This document shows positions 8,039-18,091 of a DNA stretch of 54,232 nt, piece after piece. This stretch comes from Acidobacteriota bacterium (GTDB lineage: Bacteria > Acidobacteriota > UBA6911 > RPQK01 > JADFOI01), in contig JADFOI010000004.1 in NCBI GenBank assembly GCA_022562935.1, positions 1 through 54,232 on the forward strand, written 5' to 3'. The position numbers were made by a program, and so were the translations under genes. The first letter of the stretch is position 1, and each line of letters opens with the position of its first letter. Under the pieces are notes generated by a model, which was not told the DNA's origin, made no database searches, and worked only from the letters and a program-made list of their open reading frames with translations.

Positions 8039-9196
8039 ATGGCTCAGCGCAAGAAGAAGTCGTCGAAGCAGGAGTCTGAGGACACTGCTTTAGCTTCACA
8101 GAAAGAATCCCTGGAGGATGCTTTAGCTTTGAAGAAAAGGTCCGCCGCCGATGCCTTAGCTTCCAAGACCAAATCCTCGGATGACATCCTGGCCCTCAAA
8201 CTCGATGCGGACAGGCGAAAGAGTGAGGCTGAGAGAGTCAAACTCTGGCTTGAAGCAGAGGAGATCAGGAAACGCCTTCACACAAAGTGGTACCAGGAAA
8301 CGACGGCCCTGAAATGGGTTGCTGCCGGAATCGTGGTTGGGGTACTTCTTCTCACCTGGATGATCGGTTATGTTCGGCCTGTCTTAGAGTACGAGCAGGA
8401 GATCGCAGTATTACGGGGTGAAGCAACATTACTGGAAAGTCAAAAGCTGGCCCATCAAAACGCCATCCATCGAGCTGAGAATGAGCAAAGAGCCGAGGAA
8501 CTCCAAAGAAAAGACAAGACCATCAAGGAAAAATTGGCGTTTTTGGCTGCCGAGCGGGAAAATCTCCAAGCTCTACTGACCCACACCCAAGAAGACAAGA
8601 CCCAGTTGGCCAAACGTTACGAGAGGCTCGCTTCCGACTATGGCCACATGGCCCAGAGGCAACAGTTTACGGAAAGGCAACGAGTTCAATTCGCTAACCT
8701 GGCGGAATCCGTATCTGCGGAAGTCGAAGCCTTGAACCGGGACATCGAAGAAGTTCAGAAAGCCGTGCAGGAATCTGAAGTCAGGGTGCGCACCATTCAG
8801 ACCCAGCTGGACACCCGTGAAATACAAGGGACGAAAACCCGGATCGTCCACAGCAAGAAAAGCAGGGAAGAGGCTGCCCAGATTGAGAAACGGCTGAGCG
8901 ATTTGGGAGCGGATGTTCAACGCAGTCCTTATCCTGAAAAGGACTGGACAGCAAGCACCGCACTATTTTACTACGACAACTCCATGCTGACATCCGCTCT
9001 ACAGATTCAAAGAGCGATCGCTGATATTGTAGAGGTGGAGATGATTCAGAGTTCTGTTCTGCCTGTCGACTGGAAAACACCCACACCCAAGGTTGGTACC
9101 AAGGAGGCCCCCCTTCGGCCGGTGCTGCCTCTTGCCTCCTGGCTGGAAACCACTCTCTCGCAAGCAGGTTTCGAATTGGTGCTGATGCTGGATTAG
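8039..9196 (+). CDS. Hypothetical membrane-anchored coiled-coil protein
   Basis: 385-aa ORF with an AGGAG RBS, ~11-aa N-terminal repeats, one TM helix (WVAAGIVVGVLLLTWMIG), a long coiled coil and a small globular C-terminus. Confidence 0.75.
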   Translation: MAQRKKKSSKQESEDTALASQKESLEDALALKKRSAADALASKTKSSDDILALKLDADRRKSEAERVKLWLEAEEIRKRLHTKWYQETTALKWVAAGIVVGVLLLTWMIGYVRPVLEYEQEIAVLRGEATLLESQKLAHQNAIHRAENEQRAEELQRKDKTIKEKLAFLAAERENLQALLTHTQEDKTQLAKRYERLASDYGHMAQRQQFTERQRVQFANLAESVSAEVEALNRDIEEVQKAVQESEVRVRTIQTQLDTREIQGTKTRIVHSKKSREEAAQIEKRLSDLGADVQRSPYPEKDWTASTALFYYDNSMLTSALQIQRAIADIVEVEMIQSSVLPVDWKTPTPKVGTKEAPLRPVLPLASWLETTLSQAGFELVLMLD

Positions 9197-9251
9197 CTGT
9201 TCGCCCGCACCCATTGCCTTTTCATCCCTGCACACCTATATTAAGGTCGGC

Positions 9252-9803
9252 ATGGCTAAATGGACTTTTGAGCCCGGACACAGCGCAGCCGAGTTCTCTG
9301 TTCGGCACATGATGGTTTCCTGGGTGCGTGGACACTTCAAGAATATCACGGGCGCCATCGAATTTGATCCGGAAAATCCAGGCAAATCCTCCGTCGATAC
9401 GAGCATTAATACGGCAGAACTGTGGAGCGGAGACCCGGACAGGGATGGCCACTTGAGAGGTAGCGATTTTCTCGATGTGGTAAAGCATTCCACGATCACG
9501 TTCAAGGGGAGTGAGGTCGAAGTCATCGGAAAGAACGACTTTCGAGTCACCGGTGATCTGACCCTTCGCGGCGTTACCCGAACGGTGACTTTGGAGGTGA
9601 ATTATTTAGGGCAGTGGGACACTCCCTTCTGGGTGGATGGAGAGGACCAGGGACCGAAAACGCGCGCCGGTTTCGTAGCCAAGACCACGATCGATCGAAA
9701 CGACTTCGGAATAAGCTGGAACGGGGAATTGGAGAAAGGGGGCGTCGTCGTGGGTAAGGATGTCTTGATTACCCTCGATATAGAGGCCCTTCTGGAGCAG
9801 TAG
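9252..9803 (+). CDS. YceI family protein
   Basis: HSAAEFSVRHMMVSWVRGHF, RDGHLRGSDFLDV, GDLTLRGVTR and IDRNDFGISWN motifs. Confidence 0.93.
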   Translation: MAKWTFEPGHSAAEFSVRHMMVSWVRGHFKNITGAIEFDPENPGKSSVDTSINTAELWSGDPDRDGHLRGSDFLDVVKHSTITFKGSEVEVIGKNDFRVTGDLTLRGVTRTVTLEVNYLGQWDTPFWVDGEDQGPKTRAGFVAKTTIDRNDFGISWNGELEKGGVVVGKDVLITLDIEALLEQ

Positions 9804-9829
9804 GAAGGCAGGTCTAGCCAGCATCCTGG

Positions 9830-10750
9830 CTAGGACTTCAGAGGAAACAGCCGGTTAAAAGTTCCACTAAAAAACTTTTCCTTCGTGGGGTCATCCACCC
9901 CGATTCTTTCCAAAACAGCATCTTGATCTTCCCAGACCCTGCGCTGCCATCCGCGCGGAAAGAAGGAGGAGTCGGTACCAAAAAGGAGCCGATCGGGTCC
10001 CACCACCTCCAGTGCCTGACGAAACACATCTTCAAGTTTGAGAGAAGGGTGATACTTGATCCAGCTGTTGGAACTGGAGGTATCCAGGTAAATATTCGGA
10101 CAAAGGTCGGCTACCATCAGTGCTTCCCGCAAGAGCCCCGCTCCGAAATGAGGGATGATCATAGGAAGTTCCGGATAACTTAGTGCTACGGAATGTAAAT
10201 CGAGGGGGTTGGAAAAGCGCATGGCAAACCGGCTGGCCAGTCCCAGTTTCTTTCGCACGCCCAAGGACAGGACCCCGCAATGGACAAACACCACGGCCTC
10301 ATCCAGGGAGGCTGCGGTCTCAAAAACCTCGATGGCTTTGTCTTCATACACATGAAATCGATGCATTGCCGGAAAGAGGCAGATGCAGCGCAAGCCAAGT
10401 TCGCCAACCGCCCAACGAATTCTCTCCACTGTTTTATCCTGGGTTGGATTCACCATAAAAAACCCGACAAACCGTTCAGGATGCCGGGCTACCGCGACGG
10501 CTACCGATTCTTCGTCACCTGGGACACTGGCGATCAGTGCGGCCCGGTCGACCTGGTTCGAGTCCAGTTCCCGGACCCACCGTTGAGCTAACGCTTCGGG
10601 AGACTGTGGGGCCTCCCAACCCAACGACCGGATCATCTCCTCGACAGCATTCCGAGCGTCCTGAAGGCCTTTGTCTCTGGCCAGCATCTGAAAGAAAGTA
10701 GGCGAGAAAAAATGACAGTGACCATCGTTGAGGGACGGATTTCTGGACAT
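9830..10750 (-). CDS. Amidohydrolase family protein (amidohydro_2-like)
   Basis: DGHCH, VFVHCG, IIPHFG, YLDTS and LLFGTDS metal/TIM-barrel motifs. Confidence 0.88.
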   Translation of the reverse strand: MSRNPSLNDGHCHFFSPTFFQMLARDKGLQDARNAVEEMIRSLGWEAPQSPEALAQRWVRELDSNQVDRAALIASVPGDEESVAVAVARHPERFVGFFMVNPTQDKTVERIRWAVGELGLRCICLFPAMHRFHVYEDKAIEVFETAASLDEAVVFVHCGVLSLGVRKKLGLASRFAMRFSNPLDLHSVALSYPELPMIIPHFGAGLLREALMVADLCPNIYLDTSSSNSWIKYHPSLKLEDVFRQALEVVGPDRLLFGTDSSFFPRGWQRRVWEDQDAVLERIGVDDPTKEKFFSGTFNRLFPLKS

Positions 10751-10760
10751 TCAGGAAACC

Positions 10761-10988
10761 TTAGCCCGCATTTCTCACACCCGTTCTACTGCATCGGCGA
10801 AATGATCCGGCGTGCTGCACCGACTGCGTTTCGCGACCCGCAAGCGGGTGCCCCCGGCCTCCTCAGCGTACCATACAGTACGCTTGCGGGGGTCTCCGTC
10901 GCGCGTGGCGCAACGCACTCAGGTCAGCCCTTCCGCCGCTTCGTGACGAATAGGTGTGAGAAGTGCGGGCTTGCCCGGGTTATGCATA
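10761..10988 (+). repeat. MITE-like element, family 1 (copy D), plus an abutting extra end
   Basis: TTAGCCCGCATTTCTCACACC ... GGTGTGAGAAGTGCGGGCTTG (to 10973), immediately followed by CCCGGGTTATGCATA, an end of the other subtype. Confidence 0.9.
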
Positions 10989-11034
10989 CAAGCAACGTCT
11001 CCTAGTCACTTCCAGGAAACGAACTTCAACCCGT

Positions 11035-12552
11035 TCATAAACCTTCTGTGGGCAGCACTGGAGGATCTACCGGAGTCGAACCTAACCTTTCATCTCCCTG
11101 CTCTTCGAGTTCTTCCCGATATCGTAATTTGCGCAGTGCCTTGGTTTCAATCTGGCGAATCCGCTCTCGAGTCACGGAGAACCTCTGCCCAACCGACTCC
11201 AGAGTCTCTTCCGATCCATCGCCAATGCCAAACCGCATACGAATGATCTGCTCTTCACGAGGGGTCAGGGTGCGCAAGAGAGCCGCCGTCTGGTCTTTCA
11301 TGCTGATATCGATCAAGACCTCGGCAGGAGAAGTCGCCGTAGGGTCTTCGATGACATCACCGAGGTGACTGTCTTCGTCTTCGCCAATGGGAGTCGCCAA
11401 CGAGATGGGTTTCCGGGTGAGTTCGAGCAACTCCCTGACCTGAGTCTCGGAACTGTTCATCTTACGGGCAACCTCTTCGGAGGTGGGCTCTCGACCACAT
11501 TCCTGAAGCAAAGCCCGTGAGGTCAGGATCATCTTGTTGATCCTTTCAATCATATGCACCGGAATCCGAATCGTCCTGGCCTGATCGGCAACGGCTCGTG
11601 TGATGTTCTGGCGAATCCACCAAGTGGCATAGGTAGAGAACTTGTAACCTCTTTGATATTCAAACTTGTCGACGGCTTTCATCAAGCCAATATTCCCCTC
11701 CTGGATCAGATCAAGGAACTGAAGTCCTCTGTTGAGATACTTCTTGGCAATTGAGACAACCAATCGCAGATTGGCCTCGACCAATTCCTTTTTCGCGATC
11801 TCACCTTCCAGTTCTCCCTCCTGAATTGCCGCCAAGGTTCGTTTGAGTCCGGCAGGTGAATCCAAGGCCTCTTCCTCAATTTCCTTCATCTCCCTGCCAA
11901 TCCCTCGCAGGCGCGATCTCACCTTTTTGGTCTCATTTTCTTTCAGCGGAGATTCCTGCAGCTCCTGAAGTCGCTTCGCTTCCCTCTCCAGTGGAACGAT
12001 GTACCCGACCGTGGTCTTGAGCACCTCGACAAGTTCCTGGCGAATCGGGGAGGTCAGCTCCAGATCACGAATCAGGTGAGCTATGGAAATACGAAAGCGC
12101 GCCAATTGCCAACGCAACCTTTTGTATGTCTGACTGCGCTTCTTACAGCGGCGCAGTCGCCTTCTGATCTTTTCCGACTCGACTTCCAAAGTGGCGATTT
12201 CATCGATACGCCTGAGAACCCCCCTGCGCCGCTTTTCAAGGAGCTCCTCCTTGACCGCGTCTTTTCCACATTCCACCAGGTTCCTGATGTTCAAATCGCC
12301 GTTCCGGAGCTCCCTGCCATACTTCGCAATCTGCCCGGCAACGACCGGCGAACGAGACAAGGCGTTCAGGGCGCTCTTGCGGCCCTTTTCAATTCTCTTG
12401 GCAGTCTCGACCTCTCCCTCTCGACTCAAAAGAGGCACAGTCCCCATCTTCCTCAAATAGACCCGGACCAGATCATCGATCTGCTCAAGTCCTTCAGCCT
12501 TTGAATCAGGCTCCCGATGCTCATCATCCATAGACCAGAGTTTTCTTTTCAC
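11035..12552 (-). CDS. RpoD-like sigma-70 factor lacking region 1.1 (group 2-like paralog)
   Basis: Region 1.2 [16 protein letters not shown]; region 2 [41 protein letters not shown]; region 4 [20 protein letters not shown]. Confidence 0.93.
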   Translation of the reverse strand: MKRKLWSMDDEHREPDSKAEGLEQIDDLVRVYLRKMGTVPLLSREGEVETAKRIEKGRKSALNALSRSPVVAGQIAKYGRELRNGDLNIRNLVECGKDAVKEELLEKRRRGVLRRIDEIATLEVESEKIRRRLRRCKKRSQTYKRLRWQLARFRISIAHLIRDLELTSPIRQELVEVLKTTVGYIVPLEREAKRLQELQESPLKENETKKVRSRLRGIGREMKEIEEEALDSPAGLKRTLAAIQEGELEGEIAKKELVEANLRLVVSIAKKYLNRGLQFLDLIQEGNIGLMKAVDKFEYQRGYKFSTYATWWIRQNITRAVADQARTIRIPVHMIERINKMILTSRALLQECGREPTSEEVARKMNSSETQVRELLELTRKPISLATPIGEDEDSHLGDVIEDPTATSPAEVLIDISMKDQTAALLRTLTPREEQIIRMRFGIGDGSEETLESVGQRFSVTRERIRQIETKALRKLRYREELEEQGDERLGSTPVDPPVLPTEGL

Positions 12553-12609
12553 GGTTTCTCAGCTCCTAACCTCACAGGCGTCTGAAAACCAAGACGCTGT
12601 TTGAGTCGA

Positions 12610-13038
12610 TTAGTTCCCAGCAAAGGACTTGGGCCGAATCTGAAGCTTCGACAACTGGCTCGCTAATCCTTTCAGCTGTTCGCAATCCTCCAGTTGATCG
12701 CTTCGGAGAACCTCCAAGATTCTCCAGGAGCCGATGTTTAAGACATCACACACCCAGTCAAAGCTTCCTGGAGCTTTCTCCTGGGAAAGGAACCAATGAA
12801 GAGCATCCTGCTGCCATTTCTCCCAATTCTTTCGGTTTTCTTTTCCCGATCTGCTGGGAGTCAAAAAATCCCTTAATGCCTGCAGTAAAATGGCAATCGC
12901 CAGTTTCCTGATGGATGCCTCCGGTCCCCTTGTCCGTCGGTAAGGCTGCGAGCTGACCAGTTTCGGATATGTAACCTGTGCACTTGACATCATCTTCGAG
13001 CTGAGTGCTTCGCCAGTGAGGAACCTATTTTGGTACAA
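12610..13038 (-). CDS. Hypothetical protein (start uncertain)
   Basis: Co-oriented between the ferredoxin and sigma genes; helical LAIAILLQALRDF..WF..SFDWVCDVLNI pattern. Confidence 0.65.
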   Translation of the reverse strand: MYQNRFLTGEALSSKMMSSAQVTYPKLVSSQPYRRTRGPEASIRKLAIAILLQALRDFLTPSRSGKENRKNWEKWQQDALHWFLSQEKAPGSFDWVCDVLNIGSWRILEVLRSDQLEDCEQLKGLASQLSKLQIRPKSFAGN

Positions 13039-13059
13039 AAATACGGATGGTACGACCGG

Positions 13060-13335
13060 TTACTTGGGTTCCCTCTGCCTCGAGTACCACTGGTAATTGA
13101 TATCGATGTATTCTTGCCACTGCTCGGGCACTTCTTCTTCGGGAAAAATGGCCTCCACGGGACATTCCGGAACACAGGCACCACAATCGATACACTCTTC
13201 CGGATCGATATACAGCATCTTCTCGCTGTCAAACTTCTCTTCATCGGTGCGCGGATGGATACAGTCGACAGGACAGGAATCCACGCAGGCGCTATCCTTC
13301 ACACCGATACAAGGTTCTGTGATGATAAATGTCAC
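13060..13335 (-). CDS. FdxA-type (7Fe/8Fe) ferredoxin
   Basis: IITEPCIGVKDSACVDSCPVDCI and YIDPEECIDCGACVPECPVEAIF. Confidence 0.93.
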   Translation of the reverse strand: MTFIITEPCIGVKDSACVDSCPVDCIHPRTDEEKFDSEKMLYIDPEECIDCGACVPECPVEAIFPEEEVPEQWQEYIDINYQWYSRQREPK

Positions 13336-13407
13336 CTTGAGATACCTGCCCCAAGAGCACTCAAGCTCTTTTATACCAGTTTATCTAAAAACTAGCTTTA
13401 AATCCAA

Positions 13408-13635
13408 CTAGCCCGTACTTCTCACACCTTCTCGTTACGAAGCGGCGGAAGGGCCGGCCTGAGTGCGTTGCGCCACGCGCGAGGGCACCCGTTTGCGGGT
13501 CGGCCCCCGCAACCGTACTGTATGGTACGGTGAGGAGGCCGACGGTACCCGCTTGCGGGTCGTGCAACACAGTCGGTGCAGCACGCCGGATCATTGCGCC
13601 GATGCAGTAGAGGGGGTGTGAGAAATGCGGACTAG
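13408..13635 (-). repeat. MITE-like element, family 1 (copy E)
   Basis: CTAG at both ends; near-identical to copy B. Confidence 0.9.
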
Positions 13636-13782
13636 TGTTGTTGAAGGCTGAATATTCGGCTCTTTTTGTTTGCCTCTGTAGGACGCACGAAGGCGTGCCC
13701 ACAAACCTAAATTTATCATGAGTTTACAGGACAACAGCCCTCGGCGTCATGCCGTCGGAAAGGTGTTCGAGTGGGCCAAACC

Positions 13783-13905
13783 CAAGTCCTCATTCCTCAC
13801 ACCTGATCGTAGCGAGGCGGCGGAGACGGTTGAGGATACAAGGCGCGGGTCGCGAAACGCCGTAGACGCAGCCGCAGTAGATTGGGTGTGAGGAATGCGG
13901 ATTAG
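13783..13905 (-). repeat. Short divergent family-1 element (copy F)
   Basis: Inverted repeats AGTCCTCATTCCTCACACC and GGTGTGAGGAATGCGGATT; core words GCAGTAGA and GCGGGTCGCGAAACGC. Confidence 0.7.
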
Positions 13906-14217
13906 GGGACTAGGAAAGGGAGGGGAAGAGGTGTTTTCGGAGGCCGAAGGCGAGATACGAGGCTCGATTTCCTGGGAGACCCGTTCCCACACCACGACCC
14001 AAGGACTGAGGGTTAAACCGAGTAGGCTTAGCCCTGTTCCGTTTTCGCATCAGGCAGTAGAGAAGCAGTCCGGTTAACATAGCAAAAATGGGCCTCTTGA
14101 GAATCAGGTGAAAGTTCAGGGAGAGTTTAACCAAGGCATCACCCAAGAACGGTGATGACCGTCACACCTAGCCCTAATCGGCGGAGGGCCCTGGAAATCG
14201 GGGACGCCCAGGCCAGA

Positions 14218-15447
14218 TCAGTTCAGGTGCTCGTAAATGAGCTCCTCGAAACCTTGATATACGGCGATACAGGTCTCGTCATAGAAGGGCAAGACCTGCA
14301 TGAGAATCACAGCGACAATTCCCTTCTCCGGATCCACCCAGAAGTGGGTGTTGGATAGACCCGACCAACTGTAGCTGCCGGGTGAGCGCAAATGGCCTTC
14401 CTTCCCGTCTGCGACAGCAATCTGAAAACCCAGGCCGAATTTATCCCCCCTACGGGCTCCCAGCGGAAAAGCTCGGGACAGCAGAGGATATGGGCCCCGT
14501 TGGATCTCAACAACCAACTCGCCGATCTGATTTTGGGTCATGAGCCTGATAGAGGCTTCACTGAGTATTCGGTTTCCATTGAACCTCCCCCCACTCAGTA
14601 ACATCTGAAGGAACCTCACGTAGTCTGGCGCTGTGGAGAGCAAGCCGGCATCTCCGACAATAAAGGGTCGCTGTTTTTCCGGGTTGGGCCTCTCCCGGAG
14701 AATGCCATTTTCCCTTTGATGGCGGGTCACCCAGCGAGGGTATTTCTCCGCAGGGAGGACATAAAAGGTATCGGACATACCCAAGGGGTCAAAGATCCTC
14801 TCTTTTAGAAATTGAGGGAGTGTTCGCCCACTGAGTTCCTCCACCAACTCCCCGAGAACACGCACTTCCATACCGTAGGTCCACTTTTCTCCCGGCTCGT
14901 GAAGCAGTGGAAGCTCCCTTTCGGTCTTGCCCGTCTTCTCCACCAACAGGGCCATCAGGGAATTCGCAAAGCTGTACCCAAATCCCGCCGTAAATGTCAG
15001 CAAATGCCGAATGGTTATCTCTCGCTCAGCGGGCTTGGTTGAATAAGTCCCATCCTCTTCGTCAAACGAGATAATGACTTCCGGATTGCTCAGCCAGTCA
15101 AGGTACTGGGAAATCGGATCATCCAGGTCCAGTCTCCCCTCCTCATACAACATCATGACGGCTACCGAAGTGATCGGTTTGGTCATAGAGGCGATACCGA
15201 AGATGGTGTCCTTTTGCATCTCAACACCATTCATGACGTCCATCTTCCCAAAGCTTTGGTGGTAAAGGATGCGATCCCGATTGGCGACAATGGCCACGAC
15301 GCCAGGAATGTCCTTTCGATCGACCGCATCCTGAAGCAGTTGATCGATCTGGGCGATACCCTTTTCCGGAATTTCCGGCCAGGCCACCTGTTGAGGCTGG
15401 AAGCACCCCACCATCAGGATGAAGGGTGAAATCCACAGGCATCTCAT
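14218..15447 (-). CDS. Serine hydrolase, beta-lactamase class C-like family; probable lipoprotein
   Basis: SxxK motif IASMTK; LLTFTAG, EPGEKWTY and YSWSGLSNTHFWVDP; ILMVGC lipobox. The ORF-track 5' extension lies in a repeat. Confidence 0.9.
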   Translation of the reverse strand: MRCLWISPFILMVGCFQPQQVAWPEIPEKGIAQIDQLLQDAVDRKDIPGVVAIVANRDRILYHQSFGKMDVMNGVEMQKDTIFGIASMTKPITSVAVMMLYEEGRLDLDDPISQYLDWLSNPEVIISFDEEDGTYSTKPAEREITIRHLLTFTAGFGYSFANSLMALLVEKTGKTERELPLLHEPGEKWTYGMEVRVLGELVEELSGRTLPQFLKERIFDPLGMSDTFYVLPAEKYPRWVTRHQRENGILRERPNPEKQRPFIVGDAGLLSTAPDYVRFLQMLLSGGRFNGNRILSEASIRLMTQNQIGELVVEIQRGPYPLLSRAFPLGARRGDKFGLGFQIAVADGKEGHLRSPGSYSWSGLSNTHFWVDPEKGIVAVILMQVLPFYDETCIAVYQGFEELIYEHLN

Positions 15448-15460
15448 AGGAAGGAGAGTC

Positions 15461-15605
15461 TTAGTACTCACTTTCATAAATTTGGTAACTTTTGTTGGGG
15501 CGCGACGGAGCCCAGATCGAGGCGCGACGCCTCCTCCTCTGTTCGCGACCTCGCCTCGCAAGCCCCATCCGCAAACGTTACCATATTTATGAAAGTGAGT
15601 ACTGG
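15461..15605 (-). repeat. MITE-like element, family 2 (copy G)
   Basis: 27-bp terminal IR AGTACTCACTTTCATAAAT(T/A)TGGTAAC with one mismatch. Core ACGTTTGCnGATGGGGCTTGCGAGG is shared with 33181 and 36361-36462. Confidence 0.85.
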
Positions 15606-15744
15606 GCATTTTCCAGGCCATGAATCAAGGTAGGAGTGGACACATAGAGGCCTGTGTCCCGCCCAATCGTCCCCTTCGTTTCGCACACGCCTTGGGATAA
15701 GGTATTAAAGGTGTGGGGGAAAGGGAACGAACATACTCCCTGAA

Positions 15745-15774
15745 CCAGCCCGGATGACGCATAATCCGGGATAG
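15745..15774. repeat. Minimal (ends-only) family-1 element
   Basis: CCAGCCCGGATGACGCATAATCCGGGATAG: two fused terminal IRs with no core. Confidence 0.65.
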
Positions 15775-15784
15775 TGAGATTTCT

Positions 15785-17317
15785 ATGTCGAACCGCGATA
15801 CGGAGACCGCTTATCATTATCACGAGCAGACCAAGCACTCCCACCGGAGCGTCCGGTCCGATGCCCACTCTTTGGATTTTTCCAATCAGCCGGTACTTTT
15901 CAAGACCTATCCCGGACTGAAGCACATACCGCTCCCGCACCAATGGGAGGACACAGAGATCACTGCCCTTTCGGCTGTCTCCGCAGTCACCTCACCCACA
16001 AAAGAGGATAGAGTTCCCAGTTTAAGTGATTTGGCACGGCTGCTCTATTACTCGGCAGGAATCATCAAACAAAAAAAATATCCCGGTGGAACTTTGAGGT
16101 TTCGGGCAGCCTCCTGCACAGGAGCGCTCTATGAAGTCGAACTCTACGTGGTCTGTGGGGACCTGCCGGAACTGCCGGCAGGGATCTACCATTTCAGTCC
16201 CAAGGACTTTGCCCTATATCGGTTGCGCGAAGGCGACTATCGGGCGGTCGTGGCTCAGGCCAGTGGAGAAGAACCCCATGTGGTTGCGGCTCCCGCGCTC
16301 ATCCTTTCGACGGGAACCTACTGGCGCAACGCCTGGAAGTACCGGGCCCGGACTTATCGTCATTTCGGTTGGGACAATGGCACGATCGTCGCTCACCTGC
16401 TGGCTATGGGCTCAGCCCTGCAGTTGCCGACCCAATTGGTCCTGGGTTTTGTGGACAGGGAATTGAATCAACTACTGGATCTGGATAGTCAGCGCGAAGT
16501 GACCTTATCCATCGTCTCTCTCGGCACCACGACTCAGAACGCTAATGAGCCGTCGACGAAAGTAGAAGTGCTGGACCTGCCCACTTTGCCTCTTGCAGAA
16601 AGGGAGGTGGACTACCCGGAGATGCGCACCCTGCATTCCGCCACCACGCTCCTTTCAGATAAGGAGGTCACCCGATGGCAAGGAGAGACTCCCATCCACA
16701 CCCTGCCTGCGACCGAGGGTCCTGTCTGGAAGCTTGATCCTGACCCCGAAAGGGCGCCTGACTCGATTGAGAAAGTGATCCGGCGCCGCGGATCCAGCCG
16801 ACAATTCGAGCAGAAGCCCATCTCGTTTCAGGAATTGTCGACCATGCTCTACTGCTCGGCCCAAGGCATATCCGCTGATTTTCTAGAGCCCGCTGGGTCT
16901 CTTCTCAATGACTGGTATCTTATCGTCAACGCAGTGGAGGATTTGCCTTCGGGTGCCTACGTTTTACATCGCCAGGGATGGTTGTTGGAACTCCTCAAAG
17001 AGGGAGATTTCAGAAACGAAGCCGGATTCCTCGGCCTGGAGCAGAGGCTACCGGCCGATGCTAGTGCCAGCATTTTCTTCCTAGCCGATCTGGAAGCGAT
17101 CCTGAAACCGTTGGGTAATCGGGGGTATCGAGCCGTGCAGCTGGAGGCTGGGATCCTGGGGGGAAAACTCTACCTGGCTGCCTATGCTCAACGACTCGGC
17201 GCCACCGGGCTCACCTTTTACGACGATGCGGTTGTTGAGTTTTTCTCTCCCCATGCCCAGGGGAAAAGCGCGATTTTCCTGATGGCCCTGGGACATGGCC
17301 AAAAAGGGTTCTCTTGA
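15785..17317 (+). CDS. SagB/ThcOx-family tandem nitroreductase-fold dehydrogenase
   Basis: YHEQTKH N-terminus; RAASCTGALYEVELY; WRNAWKYRARTYRH; second domain IRRRGSSRQF, RGYRAVQLEAG, GATGLTFYDD. Confidence 0.88.
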   Translation: MSNRDTETAYHYHEQTKHSHRSVRSDAHSLDFSNQPVLFKTYPGLKHIPLPHQWEDTEITALSAVSAVTSPTKEDRVPSLSDLARLLYYSAGIIKQKKYPGGTLRFRAASCTGALYEVELYVVCGDLPELPAGIYHFSPKDFALYRLREGDYRAVVAQASGEEPHVVAAPALILSTGTYWRNAWKYRARTYRHFGWDNGTIVAHLLAMGSALQLPTQLVLGFVDRELNQLLDLDSQREVTLSIVSLGTTTQNANEPSTKVEVLDLPTLPLAEREVDYPEMRTLHSATTLLSDKEVTRWQGETPIHTLPATEGPVWKLDPDPERAPDSIEKVIRRRGSSRQFEQKPISFQELSTMLYCSAQGISADFLEPAGSLLNDWYLIVNAVEDLPSGAYVLHRQGWLLELLKEGDFRNEAGFLGLEQRLPADASASIFFLADLEAILKPLGNRGYRAVQLEAGILGGKLYLAAYAQRLGATGLTFYDDAVVEFFSPHAQGKSAIFLMALGHGQKGFS

Positions 17318-17319
17318 AA

Positions 17320-18081
17320 TCACCGAAAGAGATCCTTCTCCTTAGAGCGAAGGATTTGTCGGCCCTTTCCCTCCCCTTCCGGATAGTCAAAGCCACGAAT
17401 CAGGGCCACCGGGACACCTTGTGTCTTTCCCATCACCAGCTCTGCGGTGGAAGCCAACTGATCGGCCACGGCCATCTGGGTGGCGTGCAACTCCCCCCCA
17501 AAACCATCCTTTTCTCCTCGATAATCAATGAAGGGATTCATTCCGGAAACTCCCAGCGCAACATTGACCAGACCTTCCCGCCAGGGGCGCCCGAAGGTGT
17601 CCGACACGATGAGAGCAAGCCGAGCTCCGAATTCCCTTTCCAGATCCTGGCGAATCTGAGCAGCCGAACGATCGGAGTCTTTGGGCAAAAGCGTGACCTG
17701 TCCACTTGCTATGTTGGAGGTATCGACCCCGGCATTGGCACAAACAAAGCCATGCTGCGTTTCCACAATCAGTAACCCGCGCTCCATCCGCAACACGCGC
17801 TTCGACTCCCTCAAGACAACCTCTACCAGCCGGGCATCTTTGCCGTGGTCCCTGGCCCAGCGTTGTGCCTTGGCGGAGGGTTCAATATCTGCCAACTTTA
17901 GCACCTGCCCTTCGGCCTTGGAGACGATCTTTTGGGCGACCACGAAGATGTCCTTGTCCTTCACCTCCAGGCCCGATTTCCGAATGGACTGAGCAATGAG
18001 TGCCGCCAAATTGGCTCCCACGGATACTTCGGGAAATCCGGGAAGTCCAATAACGCTTACTTCACTCACGGACATGTGCAC
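17320..18081 (-). CDS. cofE: Coenzyme F420-0:L-glutamate ligase (single domain)
   Basis: VVAQKIVSKAEG, HGFVCANAGVDTSN, SDTFGRPWREG and ADQLASTAELVMGK. Confidence 0.95.
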   Translation of the reverse strand: MHMSVSEVSVIGLPGFPEVSVGANLAALIAQSIRKSGLEVKDKDIFVVAQKIVSKAEGQVLKLADIEPSAKAQRWARDHGKDARLVEVVLRESKRVLRMERGLLIVETQHGFVCANAGVDTSNIASGQVTLLPKDSDRSAAQIRQDLEREFGARLALIVSDTFGRPWREGLVNVALGVSGMNPFIDYRGEKDGFGGELHATQMAVADQLASTAELVMGKTQGVPVALIRGFDYPEGEGKGRQILRSKEKDLFR

Positions 18082-18091
18082 TCATTGGGTT

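Noticed and set aside
13030-13411. Antisense ORFs over the ferredoxin, and similar shadow ORFs across the window
   Set aside because: They overlap well-supported genes on the opposite strand and carry no motifs.
13677-13703. GTAG-type REP hairpin
   Set aside because: The stem is imperfect and occurs once in the window; there is not enough support.
13910-14080. Riboswitch or ncRNA upstream of the ferredoxin
   Set aside because: No recognisable aptamer consensus. The part near 14045-14078 resembles a worn family-1 end (TTCTCTACTGC).
15785-17317. Thiazole/oxazole RiPP cluster
   Set aside because: No YcaO, E1-like protein or Cys/Ser/Thr-rich precursor is nearby.
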